DNA of 64,000 bases from Polyangia bacterium. Its GTDB lineage: Bacteria; Myxococcota_A; Polyangia; JAAYKL01. The DNA lies in NCBI GenBank assembly GCA_050287845.1, contig JBNKCR010000018.1:15268-79267 (forward strand), given 5' to 3'. Position numbers and translations under genes: made by a program. Below, piece by piece: positions 27,252 through 36,740 of this stretch. The notes beneath the pieces were generated by a model. It worked only from the letters and a program-made list of their open reading frames with translations. It was not told where the DNA came from and made no database searches. Position 1 is the stretch's first letter. Each line of letters starts with the position of its first letter.

Positions 27252-30200
27252 GGCCGTTCATTCCGGAGATGGAGAGTAATCTGTCGGCGTTCCATGGCAT
27301 CGATTTTCAGAATAAAATCCATAAATGCATTGTACTGCTCTGGCAGCACAACCTGTTGCCTGAAAATCAAGGAACGGGTCACCGCAGCGCCTTCCGGGGT
27401 GGCACGGACGATTCGGCGATAAACGCCAAACTCGGATTCCATCACCAATTCACCAACTGGAATTCTGGCTGTCATTTCTTTGGGAACAACGTATTGCACG
27501 TCGAGCGAACTCGTTCTGGCCGGTCCGAGAACAAGAGGATGAACCCGCTTTTTCAGTTGAGCATACTTGCGTTTCAGATAGAGCGGCGGAAGCAGGCGAA
27601 AGGTGGCGACATTTTTATTGATGTGGCAGAAATTTGCGACCGATGCGTCAAAATGGATTTCCGGGGGCGCCTCCAGGTCATTCATCAAACGGAAATCCGC
27701 ACGATCCACATGAAGTCCAGGATACTTTTCAGTGAACTGTTCCTCCAGTATATCGCGGTTCTGAGCCGTGGAATAATTTTTGCGCAGCCATGGCGCAAAC
27801 AATGGGCCACGAGCGATGATGTCTGTCGTCATTTTCATGCTGCAGTCCGATTCAATCCGCAGCACTGACGATTCGTTGAAAACCGACTGGGTTTCGCCGG
27901 TCACTGGCGTTTTACGCAGCGCCACTTCAGTGGTTCCGATAACCAGCGCACTGATACCCTGATCTTCAAATGGCAAATCTCCGGTTCCGTGAAACGTTGC
28001 GGTGCCATCCAGCCACAAATCATCATCCGGCAAGTAGGCAATGGCATGATTGAACAATGCCAGCGACGGATACTTCATCTTGAGTTCTCCGGCGGAACGC
28101 GTTCGAACCAGAGCGAGATGAGCTCTGATGCCTGCTTCCCTCAACATGGCTACCAGAAGAGAGGCGGTATCTTTGCAGTCTCCGAATCCCCGGGCAAGCA
28201 CCCGGGGGGTACTGTAGGGTTTGTACCCATGAATGCCGAATTCCAGTCCCACATACCGGATGTTGGTGGTGACCCAGTTGTAAATAGCCGCTATCTTCTG
28301 TTTTTTACTTTTCAGTTTTGCGGTGAGTTCCCTGACCAGTTGCTGAACCGCGTCTCCTCCCAGCAGTTGTGGGCGAATCAGATCTCGATACCACCGTTCC
28401 ATATCGGTGAAGGATTCCCAGGACGTTGCATGAATCACCTTTACCAGTGACATGCTTCCCGGTATACCGGGCTCTTCGGGGATGGCTGGCAGGTCGCTGG
28501 CAGTATATACATTTGTGACAGTGCTGCTATTTTGTATCACCCGTGGCGGCGCAAGGAAATCCGCTTCAATCCGAATATTGAAATCCGCAGGACGTATCAG
28601 TACAAACTGAAACTGCTCCACCGGCATGTCTCCATTGACTGGCACAATCGCACCGAAGTACCGGCCGAACATGCGCTCTCTCCGGATGTCATCAATCCGA
28701 AACTGATACTCCACAACGTCACCAATTGCAGGTTTGGGCACTTCAATCACTTCGGCGTCAATATCGTAGTACAGACGATACCAGGGTTCTGAAACCGGGA
28801 ATGTACCGCGTGCTGTGGCTTCAAGTGTCCGTCCATCCGCGCGGTACAGTCGTGCTTTCTGAATACGGACAGACTGATCTGATGAAAACTGCTCACTGTA
28901 TTGTTGCCATTGTCGCGCTCCATCTTCAGTGGCAATAGCCACCGCCACCTGGGTCACGGTGGAGGACAACCCGGATGCATGGACCCGCGTGATGGTATTG
29001 TTCACCAGGTAGCAGTCCTTCCGTTGCTGCAGACAGCGTTCCTTCCGCTTTTTCAACTCCGTTTCCCCGATGAGATACGGCGTGTCAAAAGAATCAGAAG
29101 GACGTAGATGTTCAAGCAGGTCGCGCAGTGCTTTATCGCCCGGATTCTGCTGAAGTGCTTCGCGGTAATGACGGATTGCCAGTGCTTCATTGGTTTTGAG
29201 GTAGTATTCTCCCGCAAGTTTCCGGAACTCACTTACTCCCGGCGCCTCCAGGAGTAGAGCACTCAATAATTTTTCCTGTGCGTGACCAGGAGCCGCCATT
29301 CGCAGACGCAACAGCTCAGTCAGCATCTCCACGGGGGGAGCGCCAATTTTTTTCCACTGCGCCAGAACAGCCCGGGATCTGGATTCCATTCCTTTGCCTG
29401 TGATGTGAAGTTTGCGCAAATGAATGCTGAAGTCTGAATACGCCGATTCGATGGCGTTTGAAAAAATTTGCGTTGAGTAGATGTCAGCAACTGTTCCCAC
29501 CAAACTTTCGGCTGCACATTGTTTTTCCATGGGGGTCGCGTCCGGTCGACTCAATTCATTTCGCAGTTTCCGGGCCGATTCCGGCAGGGTATGGGCGTAC
29601 AGCCCGAGCAGTGCACAGCGGGCTTCTGGCTGGGATGGATTCTTTTTCAATATCTTCTGGAGCCGCACGATATTCTCCCGGTCGGGTCGGGTATCCAGAC
29701 TCAACAGCAACAGTTGTATCGCCGCGACGTTCCGGGAGGCGTCATCTATGTTCACTTGACGGTACGCCTGTCTTTTTTCGTTTACATCATCGGAGAGGGA
29801 CGCCCATGTTTTGCATGGGGAGAGGGTTCCCAACGTTTCACACGCGGTCTGGGCGGCATCTTTTACTTCGGTATCTTTACCAACGCTTCCTGTAAGTTGC
29901 GCGTATTCAGCATAATTGCCCAGATGGGTGGGGCGCACATTTCTTTTCCCGGGACGGGGACGCAACATGTCGAGCAATGTACGATGTGGTACGATGGCTG
30001 TCCGGATGTGGTCGTAGGTTCTGAATCCCTGTGCCTGCGATGAAACCGAATGCAGGGGCTCGCCCGATGGCGAGAGAATTCGAGCGAAGAATTCTGACGT
30101 TCCCGATTCATTGCTGCAAATCTTTACCGTGAGAAGATTTTCTCCAGCAGGCAGATTCAATGGGACGTCGTGACGATTGATGTCAGCCCGATACCAGTTT

Positions 30201-30853
30201 GTATCTTCGAGTATCAGGGTGTCGTTCAAGAAAACCCGGGCCTGACCGCCCGCACCGAACAACAGGTGATGACGACCGCCCCGGGGGGATGCCACGGTGG
30301 TCTGCGCCATGACACAGATATTTTCTGTTGCTGAGAACACCGACTCAAATGTTACTTTCCCCAGTCGTCGCGTCAGCCAGCTCGATGGAAATACACATGG
30401 TGCATCGATTTCAGATGGTACGCAATTGGGCGATATTTCCGGTTGGCTCATATGATAAGCGCTGGAAAGAAACTTCTCGGTCAGTCCGATGGATGACTCA
30501 TTGGGAAACGGACCTGTGATTTGCCAATCGGTTAAAAAACCCATATCCGCAACCGCGGCATTGGCTTTTGCTGGGTGGCCGGTGAGCAGATTCAGTTTGG
30601 CCAACAAGTATTGGATGCGCGTCCTGGCAGCCGGATGCAGTCCTTTCAGTTGCATTGTTCCTGTCAGCACCTGATGGATCATGTCTTTTCCAACTATTGG
30701 ATATTCTTCGAAAATTTTCAAAACGTACAGGTCAGCGAATCGGGACCCGGGGGAGAGTGCAAGCATTTCAGCGGGGCGGGATTCCCCGCGAGCCGACGCG
30801 ACACTGCCGACGAACGGGATGAGTATGATCAGAAAAATAATAAAATGTTTCAT
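27248..30853 (-). CDS. Large secreted protein: TPR + DUF3857-like + transglutaminase domain
   Basis: Signal peptide MKHFIIFLII; WQITGPF; IGDVVEY; IRYVGLEFG; catalytic GDCKD, FNHAI, WLDGT; start moved from the ORF-track start. Confidence 0.88.
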   Translation of the reverse strand: MKHFIIFLIILIPFVGSVASARGESRPAEMLALSPGSRFADLYVLKIFEEYPIVGKDMIHQVLTGTMQLKGLHPAARTRIQYLLAKLNLLTGHPAKANAAVADMGFLTDWQITGPFPNESSIGLTEKFLSSAYHMSQPEISPNCVPSEIDAPCVFPSSWLTRRLGKVTFESVFSATENICVMAQTTVASPRGGRHHLLFGAGGQARVFLNDTLILEDTNWYRADINRHDVPLNLPAGENLLTVKICSNESGTSEFFARILSPSGEPLHSVSSQAQGFRTYDHIRTAIVPHRTLLDMLRPRPGKRNVRPTHLGNYAEYAQLTGSVGKDTEVKDAAQTACETLGTLSPCKTWASLSDDVNEKRQAYRQVNIDDASRNVAAIQLLLLSLDTRPDRENIVRLQKILKKNPSQPEARCALLGLYAHTLPESARKLRNELSRPDATPMEKQCAAESLVGTVADIYSTQIFSNAIESAYSDFSIHLRKLHITGKGMESRSRAVLAQWKKIGAPPVEMLTELLRLRMAAPGHAQEKLLSALLLEAPGVSEFRKLAGEYYLKTNEALAIRHYREALQQNPGDKALRDLLEHLRPSDSFDTPYLIGETELKKRKERCLQQRKDCYLVNNTITRVHASGLSSTVTQVAVAIATEDGARQWQQYSEQFSSDQSVRIQKARLYRADGRTLEATARGTFPVSEPWYRLYYDIDAEVIEVPKPAIGDVVEYQFRIDDIRRERMFGRYFGAIVPVNGDMPVEQFQFVLIRPADFNIRIEADFLAPPRVIQNSSTVTNVYTASDLPAIPEEPGIPGSMSLVKVIHATSWESFTDMERWYRDLIRPQLLGGDAVQQLVRELTAKLKSKKQKIAAIYNWVTTNIRYVGLEFGIHGYKPYSTPRVLARGFGDCKDTASLLVAMLREAGIRAHLALVRTRSAGELKMKYPSLALFNHAIAYLPDDDLWLDGTATFHGTGDLPFEDQGISALVIGTTEVALRKTPVTGETQSVFNESSVLRIESDCSMKMTTDIIARGPLFAPWLRKNYSTAQNRDILEEQFTEKYPGLHVDRADFRLMNDLEAPPEIHFDASVANFCHINKNVATFRLLPPLYLKRKYAQLKKRVHPLVLGPARTSSLDVQYVVPKEMTARIPVGELVMESEFGVYRRIVRATPEGAAVTRSLIFRQQVVLPEQYNAFMDFILKIDAMERRQITLHLRNERP

Positions 30854-31139
30854 TGCTGGCAAGTATATGAGGCTGCTGTTGAAAAGCAAATTGCATCTGC
30901 TGCAGACAATGGCGAATGATGTGATTTTGACGGGTATATCCCATTTCTTTTTTCTGCAATGCATTCTATTCTGATGACATCCGGCGACGACCGAAGTTCC
31001 CGAGCAACCGCTGGATTGCGAAACGCCTGAGACTGACACATTGAAATTCCCGCTATTCAAACCACCCCGGCAGGTTGAATTTCGGGGAAACAATGTGGTA
31101 GGACCGGTTCGATAAATTCTCGAAAAAAAGGAATCCCCC

Positions 31140-31829
31140 ATGAAACCATGGATTAAAATCGATGAAAAGCAGACTGCCGATGGCATGCTTCAGCTGATGC
31201 GCCGGGGAAAAAAGGATTTCATTATCAAACTGGATAACCAGATTCTGATGAACAGCCATCTCAGTTTGACTGAGCAGGCGCTGGCGACCAGTGCTGTCGG
31301 TCGATTGCAGAATCCGAACGGTGCGCGGATTCTGATTAGCGGGCTGGGAATGGGGTACACGCTTAAGTCGGCATTAGATGTATTACCATCAAGGTGCAGC
31401 GTTACCGTAGCGGAACTCAATCCCATTGTTGTTGAGTGGTGCAGGGGAGAACTGGGATCACTGACGGAATACCCGCTGAATGACCATCGGGTGAGGGTAG
31501 TCACCGGCGATGTGAAGGAAGTTATCATGGATGCTGCCTATCTCGCCCAAAATCCGTTCGACGCCATTATTCTGGACCTCTACGAAGGAACTTCGGAAGC
31601 CAATTTCGATGATATGCACGACCACTACGGTCTGGAAGCATTGCAGCGAACAAAGGACGCCCTGAAAAACAACGGTGTGCTGGCGGTGTGGACCGAGGGC
31701 GAGGACCGGGGATTTGAAAGACGCCTTGGACGCGCCGGGTTTACTGTTGAACAGACCCGTCCCGGCAAGGGTGGACCGCGTCATGTGGTCTATGTTGCGG
31801 CAAAGAAATCGAACCGTCGGGGCAAATGA
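31140..31829 (+). CDS. Spermidine-synthase-like SAM-dependent methyltransferase
   Basis: LMNS, ILISGLGMGYT, VAELNP, GDV, FDAIILDL, GVLAVW. Confidence 0.88.
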   Translation: MKPWIKIDEKQTADGMLQLMRRGKKDFIIKLDNQILMNSHLSLTEQALATSAVGRLQNPNGARILISGLGMGYTLKSALDVLPSRCSVTVAELNPIVVEWCRGELGSLTEYPLNDHRVRVVTGDVKEVIMDAAYLAQNPFDAIILDLYEGTSEANFDDMHDHYGLEALQRTKDALKNNGVLAVWTEGEDRGFERRLGRAGFTVEQTRPGKGGPRHVVYVAAKKSNRRGK

Positions 31830-31988
31830 ATCTCACCGGCAACGTGTTGTATATATTTAACTTATGACCACCTCTTACAAGTTGAGTGTCGGTTTTTTTT
31901 GTGGCGTGTTTATTTTTTCGCTTTAAATAAAAGTTGAATAACACAAATACATCGTTTGCTATTGAACAACATAGGAAAGGGCAGCATC

Positions 31989-32675
31989 ATGTCACACGAT
32001 CTGAGTCTCCAGTCAATGCCTTTGGTTTTTGCATTTATTCTACTTGTCAGTTGTTCCGCAGTGCGCTCTCCCATTCAACAGGTGCCGGTCAAAAGTCGTC
32101 AAACGATAGAAGAGACAGATGGCCGTGCTGTGGCCGTTCGCCTGACACAGGCGACCACCGTGGCAGGCATTTCTGTGCCCGCGGGATCAATCATGCGACA
32201 GACCAGCGATACGCAGTGCAGTGTATTTCCGGCGGAGACAGTATTGATTGGCAACGTACAGATTCCGGCGGCGTCAGAAATTGAACTGGTGTTGTCCGGA
32301 GATGTGTATGCGTGGAATGGTATGGTGAAGGTGGGGGACACCACAACGTATCATGAACTAAACCTGGCGGCAGGCGATACAATACGTTTTACTGGAGATT
32401 TGGCGGTTCAACCCATTCTGGCGCAGCTACGTCTGGGGTCGCACAGGGAATTTGCGGGTCAGTGGTATCCTGCACAGACCGTTATTCATCTGGATGCAAA
32501 CCGAAAAGTCGTGCAGATATCGCCCTCTTTGCCTCTGGATGCGCTGACGACGCAACAGGAATCGTACTGGAAACAGAAAGCAGAGCACGAATCGCGGTGC
32601 GTTGAGATCTGTGCCAACCATAAAAAGAAATCTCCCGAGCACAAGAGCTGCATGGAATATTGCATGAACCGATAA
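31989..32675 (+). CDS. Hypothetical lipoprotein (beta-rich, C-terminal CxxxC..CxxxC)
   Basis: Lipobox LVSC; internal G..(V/I/Y)PA.(S/T) pseudo-repeats; AGGAAAGG upstream. Confidence 0.6.
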   Translation: MSHDLSLQSMPLVFAFILLVSCSAVRSPIQQVPVKSRQTIEETDGRAVAVRLTQATTVAGISVPAGSIMRQTSDTQCSVFPAETVLIGNVQIPAASEIELVLSGDVYAWNGMVKVGDTTTYHELNLAAGDTIRFTGDLAVQPILAQLRLGSHREFAGQWYPAQTVIHLDANRKVVQISPSLPLDALTTQQESYWKQKAEHESRCVEICANHKKKSPEHKSCMEYCMNR

Positions 32676-32774
32676 TTCATGGACGGACCAGCTTTGTCAA
32701 CGAAGACGCTACAGGTATATTGACCAGTGATTCTGGCAATTTTCGAGTTACAACCAAAAAAAGAAGCGCCCCGC

Positions 32775-32801
32775 TCAAGAACCCATCCGGAATGCCGACA
32801 T
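32775..32801 (+). promoter_or_regulatory. Sigma28 (FliA) promoter of flaG-fliD-fliS
   Basis: TCAA-N15-GCCGACAT versus consensus TAAA-N15-GCCGATAA, upstream of late flagellar genes. Confidence 0.7.
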
Positions 32802-32958
32802 AACAAGTGTAGTCATGGAAGATAAATTCAGGCTGCACAGTGTACGAATATCTGACGCCTCTTCCATGTATTGCCGTTGACAACAATTGGCGCGGGAACA
32901 GGATGAACATTCCACCGCGCCGACTATCCGGACGGAACCGGATAAGTGAGGTGGTAAG

Positions 32959-33306
32959 ATGCCAAATACAAAAACGATTGCGGGAATCCAGCGCGGGCCG
33001 GACTTTGAACGGGAAGTTCACGAAGTTCATCATGTGAAACGGCTTGATAACGAGGTGAAGAACAACTCTAAAGCGGAGGTGAATGAGCCACTTATCAAGG
33101 CAGCGGTAGACGCGGGAAAGGAGGTTGCGTCTTCGATGGGACAATGGGTGGACGTGACCTATGACCGGGAGAATGAGATGATCATCATGAAAATCCGAGA
33201 TATTAACGGAGACGAAGTGGTGCGTCAGATTCCCCCGGAGGAAATGATTCGAACCGCTCAGAGAGTCAAACAGCAGCAGTCGCAGTTTCTGAACAGTGTG
33301 GTTTGA
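32959..33306 (+). CDS. flaG: Flagellar protein FlaG
   Basis: Signature D..GDEVVRQIPPEEM; directly upstream of fliD; GAGGT RBS. Confidence 0.9.
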   Translation: MPNTKTIAGIQRGPDFEREVHEVHHVKRLDNEVKNNSKAEVNEPLIKAAVDAGKEVASSMGQWVDVTYDRENEMIIMKIRDINGDEVVRQIPPEEMIRTAQRVKQQQSQFLNSVV

Positions 33307-33335
33307 AGACGTTTTACAGATAAGGAGCAGCTAAC

Positions 33336-34637
33336 ATGGGAATCACATTCTCGGGAATCGCTTCCGGTATTGATACCGGCGCCATCGTTGAGTCGTTTGT
33401 TTATTCGGAACGGGCGCCGATCCGTGCCATGGAAGCGCAGAAAAAGGACTACAACAGTCAGCTGGATAATGTTCGTACGCTGAACTCCAGGATGCAGGCG
33501 CTTCAGAAGACCATGCAGGGACTGAGCAGCATCGGCGATTTTCTGTCTTTTTCTGCGGAATACTCGGAGAAAGATGCCATGTCGGTGTCAGCCAATGGCG
33601 ACGCATCACCCGGTGTGTACACCGTCAACGTGGACCGGCTGGCTAGAGCGGAAAGAGACTATTCCACCGCAACCTTCAGCAGCAAGGACACGAAGGGAGT
33701 CGCCGGTACCGGGACGCTTTCAATCACAGTTGGCGCCAATGACGCCGTGGATATTGATGTTACCGATTCGATGACACTTGAAGATATTGTTAATAAGATC
33801 AACGGATCGGAAGCCGAGGTGTCCGCAAGTCTCGTATTCGATGGCAGTGAATATCACGTGCAGATTTCAGGGTCAAAGACCGGAACAGTGGCTGAGGCCG
33901 GCATTTCATTCGGTGAAAGTGGCACCTTGAACTTCGGATTTGCGGAGTACCAGGGGGCGCAGGACGCCCAGATGACCATTGATGGGATTACTGTCAGCAG
34001 TTCAACCAATACGTTCGAGGATGTCCTCACCGGAGTCACTATTAATATTAATGAAGAGACGACGGATTCATTTCAGATGGAAATCAAGGCGGACAACTCC
34101 AGCATCAAAGAAACGTTGGAGGGCTTTGTCGACAGTTATAATGAAATTCTGGGGCTGGTGAAAAAGGATACCACATCGAATTCAACGTTGCGTTCACTGC
34201 GATTACAGATGGGGACAATGATTGCCAATGCGCTTGGGGATGTGGGGGGCACCTACACCGCTTTATCTCAAATTGGAATTTCGACCAACAATGACGGCAC
34301 TTTGAAGCTGGATGGGTCTGATTTGGAAGACGCCCTTGCCCGGGATACGCGAGGTGTGGCTCAACTTTTCTCCGGAAGTGACGATGGTACTGTCGATGGG
34401 ATGGGGGATTTGCTCGATGAGTTTATCGATCGGTATGTGTCCAGTGTGGATGGCGTGCTGAAAACTCAGGAAAGTGGTCTGCAGAGAATGATCACCAATA
34501 TCGACGATTCCATATTGCAGGCAGAAGATCGGGTGACGGCTTACGAGCAGGGTCTTACGACCAAATTCACTGCGATGGAAATCAGTATGAACGAGCTGCA
34601 GTCTCAGATGAGCTATATGAACATGATGGGCTTTTAA
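33336..34637 (+). CDS. fliD: Flagellar filament cap protein
   Basis: ITFSGIASGIDT, YTVNVDRLA, AQDAQMTIDG..SSTN, FVDSYN, LSQIGI..DGTLKLD, KFTAME. Confidence 0.96.
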   Translation: MGITFSGIASGIDTGAIVESFVYSERAPIRAMEAQKKDYNSQLDNVRTLNSRMQALQKTMQGLSSIGDFLSFSAEYSEKDAMSVSANGDASPGVYTVNVDRLARAERDYSTATFSSKDTKGVAGTGTLSITVGANDAVDIDVTDSMTLEDIVNKINGSEAEVSASLVFDGSEYHVQISGSKTGTVAEAGISFGESGTLNFGFAEYQGAQDAQMTIDGITVSSSTNTFEDVLTGVTININEETTDSFQMEIKADNSSIKETLEGFVDSYNEILGLVKKDTTSNSTLRSLRLQMGTMIANALGDVGGTYTALSQIGISTNNDGTLKLDGSDLEDALARDTRGVAQLFSGSDDGTVDGMGDLLDEFIDRYVSSVDGVLKTQESGLQRMITNIDDSILQAEDRVTAYEQGLTTKFTAMEISMNELQSQMSYMNMMGF

Positions 34638-34662
34638 CTGAATTTCGACGAGGAGATGCTGT

Positions 34663-35088
34663 ATGCAAAATCTAATGGGGTATCGGCAACAGGCGTACAA
34701 GAAAGTGCATGTGGAGACCGCCAATCCGGGACGCGTTCTGCTTCAATTGTACGATGCCGCAATTCGCTTTGTTGAACAGGCGCAGGTTCAGATTGATTCA
34801 GGTCAGGCAGGCCCCAAAGGAGAAAGTCTACGAAAGGCCCATGCAATTGTTGCAGAGTTCATTAATGCGCTCGATCATCAGATGTCTCCGCAACTGTGCT
34901 CCAATCTGGAGCAGATTTATGGTTTCATGCTGGAGAAGATGGCAGAGGCAAATGTGAACATGGATTCCGGCGCGCTGGTGCCGGTTCTCAAGCATTTGCG
35001 GGAAATGCGCGGCACCTGGCAAATCGCAGTGGATCAGTCCGTGGCGGAGTCATCTGCAAACACGGGCGGCATCGGAAGCGCACTATGA
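34663..35088 (+). CDS. fliS: Flagellin export chaperone FliS (copy 1)
   Basis: VETANP..LYDAAIRF, KAHAIV, ALD, NLEQIYGFM, W. Confidence 0.93.
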   Translation: MQNLMGYRQQAYKKVHVETANPGRVLLQLYDAAIRFVEQAQVQIDSGQAGPKGESLRKAHAIVAEFINALDHQMSPQLCSNLEQIYGFMLEKMAEANVNMDSGALVPVLKHLREMRGTWQIAVDQSVAESSANTGGIGSAL

Positions 35089-35510
35089 ACCAGCACGCCA
35101 TATTAAAAACATTAAAAGACTGGCTGGCCAATCTTGAGTCGATGAACCGACTTCCCGTCCGCTTTTCGGAGGATCAACAAACTATTGACGCCCGTCTCGC
35201 TGAGCGTCAACAAATTATTGACTCCCTTCAGCTTCTTGACGGTAAGCTGACGGAAATCCGAGCTCTCCGGGCATCCAAATGGACTGATTTTTCCCCTTCA
35301 ACAGTAAAAAAATTTGAACGTTTGATTCAAAAAGGCAATGTGATTTTAGCTACTTGCGCAGCGAGAGACAAGGAAAGCCTTGATATTGCAACGAATTTGC
35401 GAAAAGAGGTTTCCGGCAACATATCTAACCTACGAAAATCAAAGGGATATCTCGTAACATCCCACGTGGTCAAAAAGTCCTCCTCGGTCATCGTCGACAG
35501 TCACGCATAA
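35085..35510 (+). CDS. Hypothetical coiled-coil protein in the FliT position
   Basis: ATGA overlap with fliS; LAERQQIID..L..LD and a C-terminal KGY..VDS resemble flagellar chaperones (FliT/FlgN class); weak similarity. Confidence 0.6.
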   Translation: MNQHAILKTLKDWLANLESMNRLPVRFSEDQQTIDARLAERQQIIDSLQLLDGKLTEIRALRASKWTDFSPSTVKKFERLIQKGNVILATCAARDKESLDIATNLRKEVSGNISNLRKSKGYLVTSHVVKKSSSVIVDSHA

Positions 35511-35513
35511 AAC

Positions 35514-35528
35514 TGGCATCGCTTTTGC
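35514..35528 (+). promoter_or_regulatory. Sigma54 -24/-12 promoter upstream of the flagellin unit
   Basis: TGGCAT-CGCTT-TTGC with exact GG/GC spacing, starting 4 nt after the upstream stop. Confidence 0.75.
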
Positions 35529-35565
35529 GATAACACCTGTCAGGCCAATGAATGGCAGGTGAAAA

Positions 35566-35841
35566 GTGACTGAAACTCAATTAGCAAAAAAAGAAAATAG
35601 AAAGAAAGCGGACGTTGTTCTCAAAGAGAGATTCATTCGCAGGGACAACCGTGAGTATCCCGGCAACAGTGTCTTTCTCGCGGATCCTGATGAGATAATC
35701 GCTCAACTGTCCGCTCACTTCATGCTGAACAGGCTGAACAGTTGCGTCCTGCCCGCTGGCGTTGATGACGCAGAGTCAGACGATTTGCCGCGTTTCCAAC
35801 AATCGCATAGGGACGGGCTTCAAGTACCCAAGGAGGGATAA
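35566..35841 (+). CDS. Possible 91-aa protein of unknown function, coupled to flagellin (alternatively a long 5' UTR)
   Basis: GTG start with AGGT RBS about 26 nt after the predicted sigma54 start; ORF spans the flagellin RBS and stops 1 nt before its ATG. Confidence 0.45.
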   Translation: MTETQLAKKENRKKADVVLKERFIRRDNREYPGNSVFLADPDEIIAQLSAHFMLNRLNSCVLPAGVDDAESDDLPRFQQSHRDGLQVPKEG

Positions 35842-35842
35842 G

Positions 35843-36673
35843 ATGGGACTGGTAATTAATACCAATATTGCTTCTATGAACGCTCAACGGAATTTGAGCA
35901 GGACTGAAGATTCACTCAACACCAGTATGGCGCGATTGTCTTCGGGAATGCGTATTACGGCATCCAAGGATGATGCGGCGGGGTTGGCAATTTCAGAAAA
36001 ATTACGAGCCCAGATTCGTGGTCTGGCCCAGGCGGAACGGAATTCCCATGACGGAATCTCCCTGGTCCAGGTCGCAGAGGGTGCTTTGAACGAGGTGGGC
36101 AACATCCTTATCCGACTTCGGGAACTGGCAGTGCAGTCAGCAACGGGAACACTCGGCTCAGAGGAACGCGGTTATCTCAATAACGAATTGAATGAATTGA
36201 TGGAAGAGATGGACCGTATCGCCGGCGTCACAGACTTTAACGGCATGCAGCTGCTGGACGGCAGCGCGTCTTTCGATTTGCAGGTGGGGATTCGGAATCA
36301 CCCGGATGATCGGATTCAGGTGGTGATCAGCACGATGAGTACGGTGGGTATCGGACTGGAGGGGGTTCAGATTGATGGCGCTACGGGTTCAAATGCGCGA
36401 CTGGCGCTGGATGCCATTGACGTTGCCATCAATAGCGTGTCTGAGATTCGAGGTGAACTGGGTGCCATTCAGAATCGACTGGCAAGTACCATTAAGAACC
36501 TTGCGACACAGCGCGAAAATCTTTCAGCCGCAAACAGCCGAATCCGGGATGTGGATGTGGCGGACGAGACAGTGCGGCAGACCCGGGCACAGATTCTGAT
36601 GCAGGCAGGCATTTCAGTACTGTCTCAGGCAAATCAGTTGCCACAGATGGCCTTGCAGCTGATTGGCGGCTAG
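35843..36673 (+). CDS. fliC: Flagellin (short, 276 aa)
   Basis: INTNIASMNAQRNL, RLSSGMRI..DDAAGLAISE, RGELGAIQNRL, SRIRDVDVA, QANQLPQ; AGGAGG RBS. Confidence 0.98.
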   Translation: MGLVINTNIASMNAQRNLSRTEDSLNTSMARLSSGMRITASKDDAAGLAISEKLRAQIRGLAQAERNSHDGISLVQVAEGALNEVGNILIRLRELAVQSATGTLGSEERGYLNNELNELMEEMDRIAGVTDFNGMQLLDGSASFDLQVGIRNHPDDRIQVVISTMSTVGIGLEGVQIDGATGSNARLALDAIDVAINSVSEIRGELGAIQNRLASTIKNLATQRENLSAANSRIRDVDVADETVRQTRAQILMQAGISVLSQANQLPQMALQLIGG

Positions 36674-36740
36674 ACCGAATAAATTCTGAGAAGAACGACA
36701 ACCGGACTGTGTTGTCCTGACAAACAACGGAGAGAAATAA

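Noticed and set aside
30971..31024. Functional hammerhead ribozyme
   Set aside because: Core words are present, but no stem I/III with a correctly placed NUH site could be built and the 10.1-11.1 pair is not canonical; kept only as a structured-RNA candidate.
30854..31186. N-terminal extensions in the ORF track (also for trxC, the bEBP, fliC, VOR alpha and beta, and the second GT4)
   Set aside because: Internal starts have an RBS, a signal peptide or homology onset, and the extensions mostly overlap neighbouring genes or promoters.
35724..35741. LexA control of flagellin through a CTGAACAG shared with the lexA promoter
   Set aside because: The same 8-mer also occurs at unrelated places (near 7478 and 46226), so chance is sufficient; the arrangement is direct rather than inverted.
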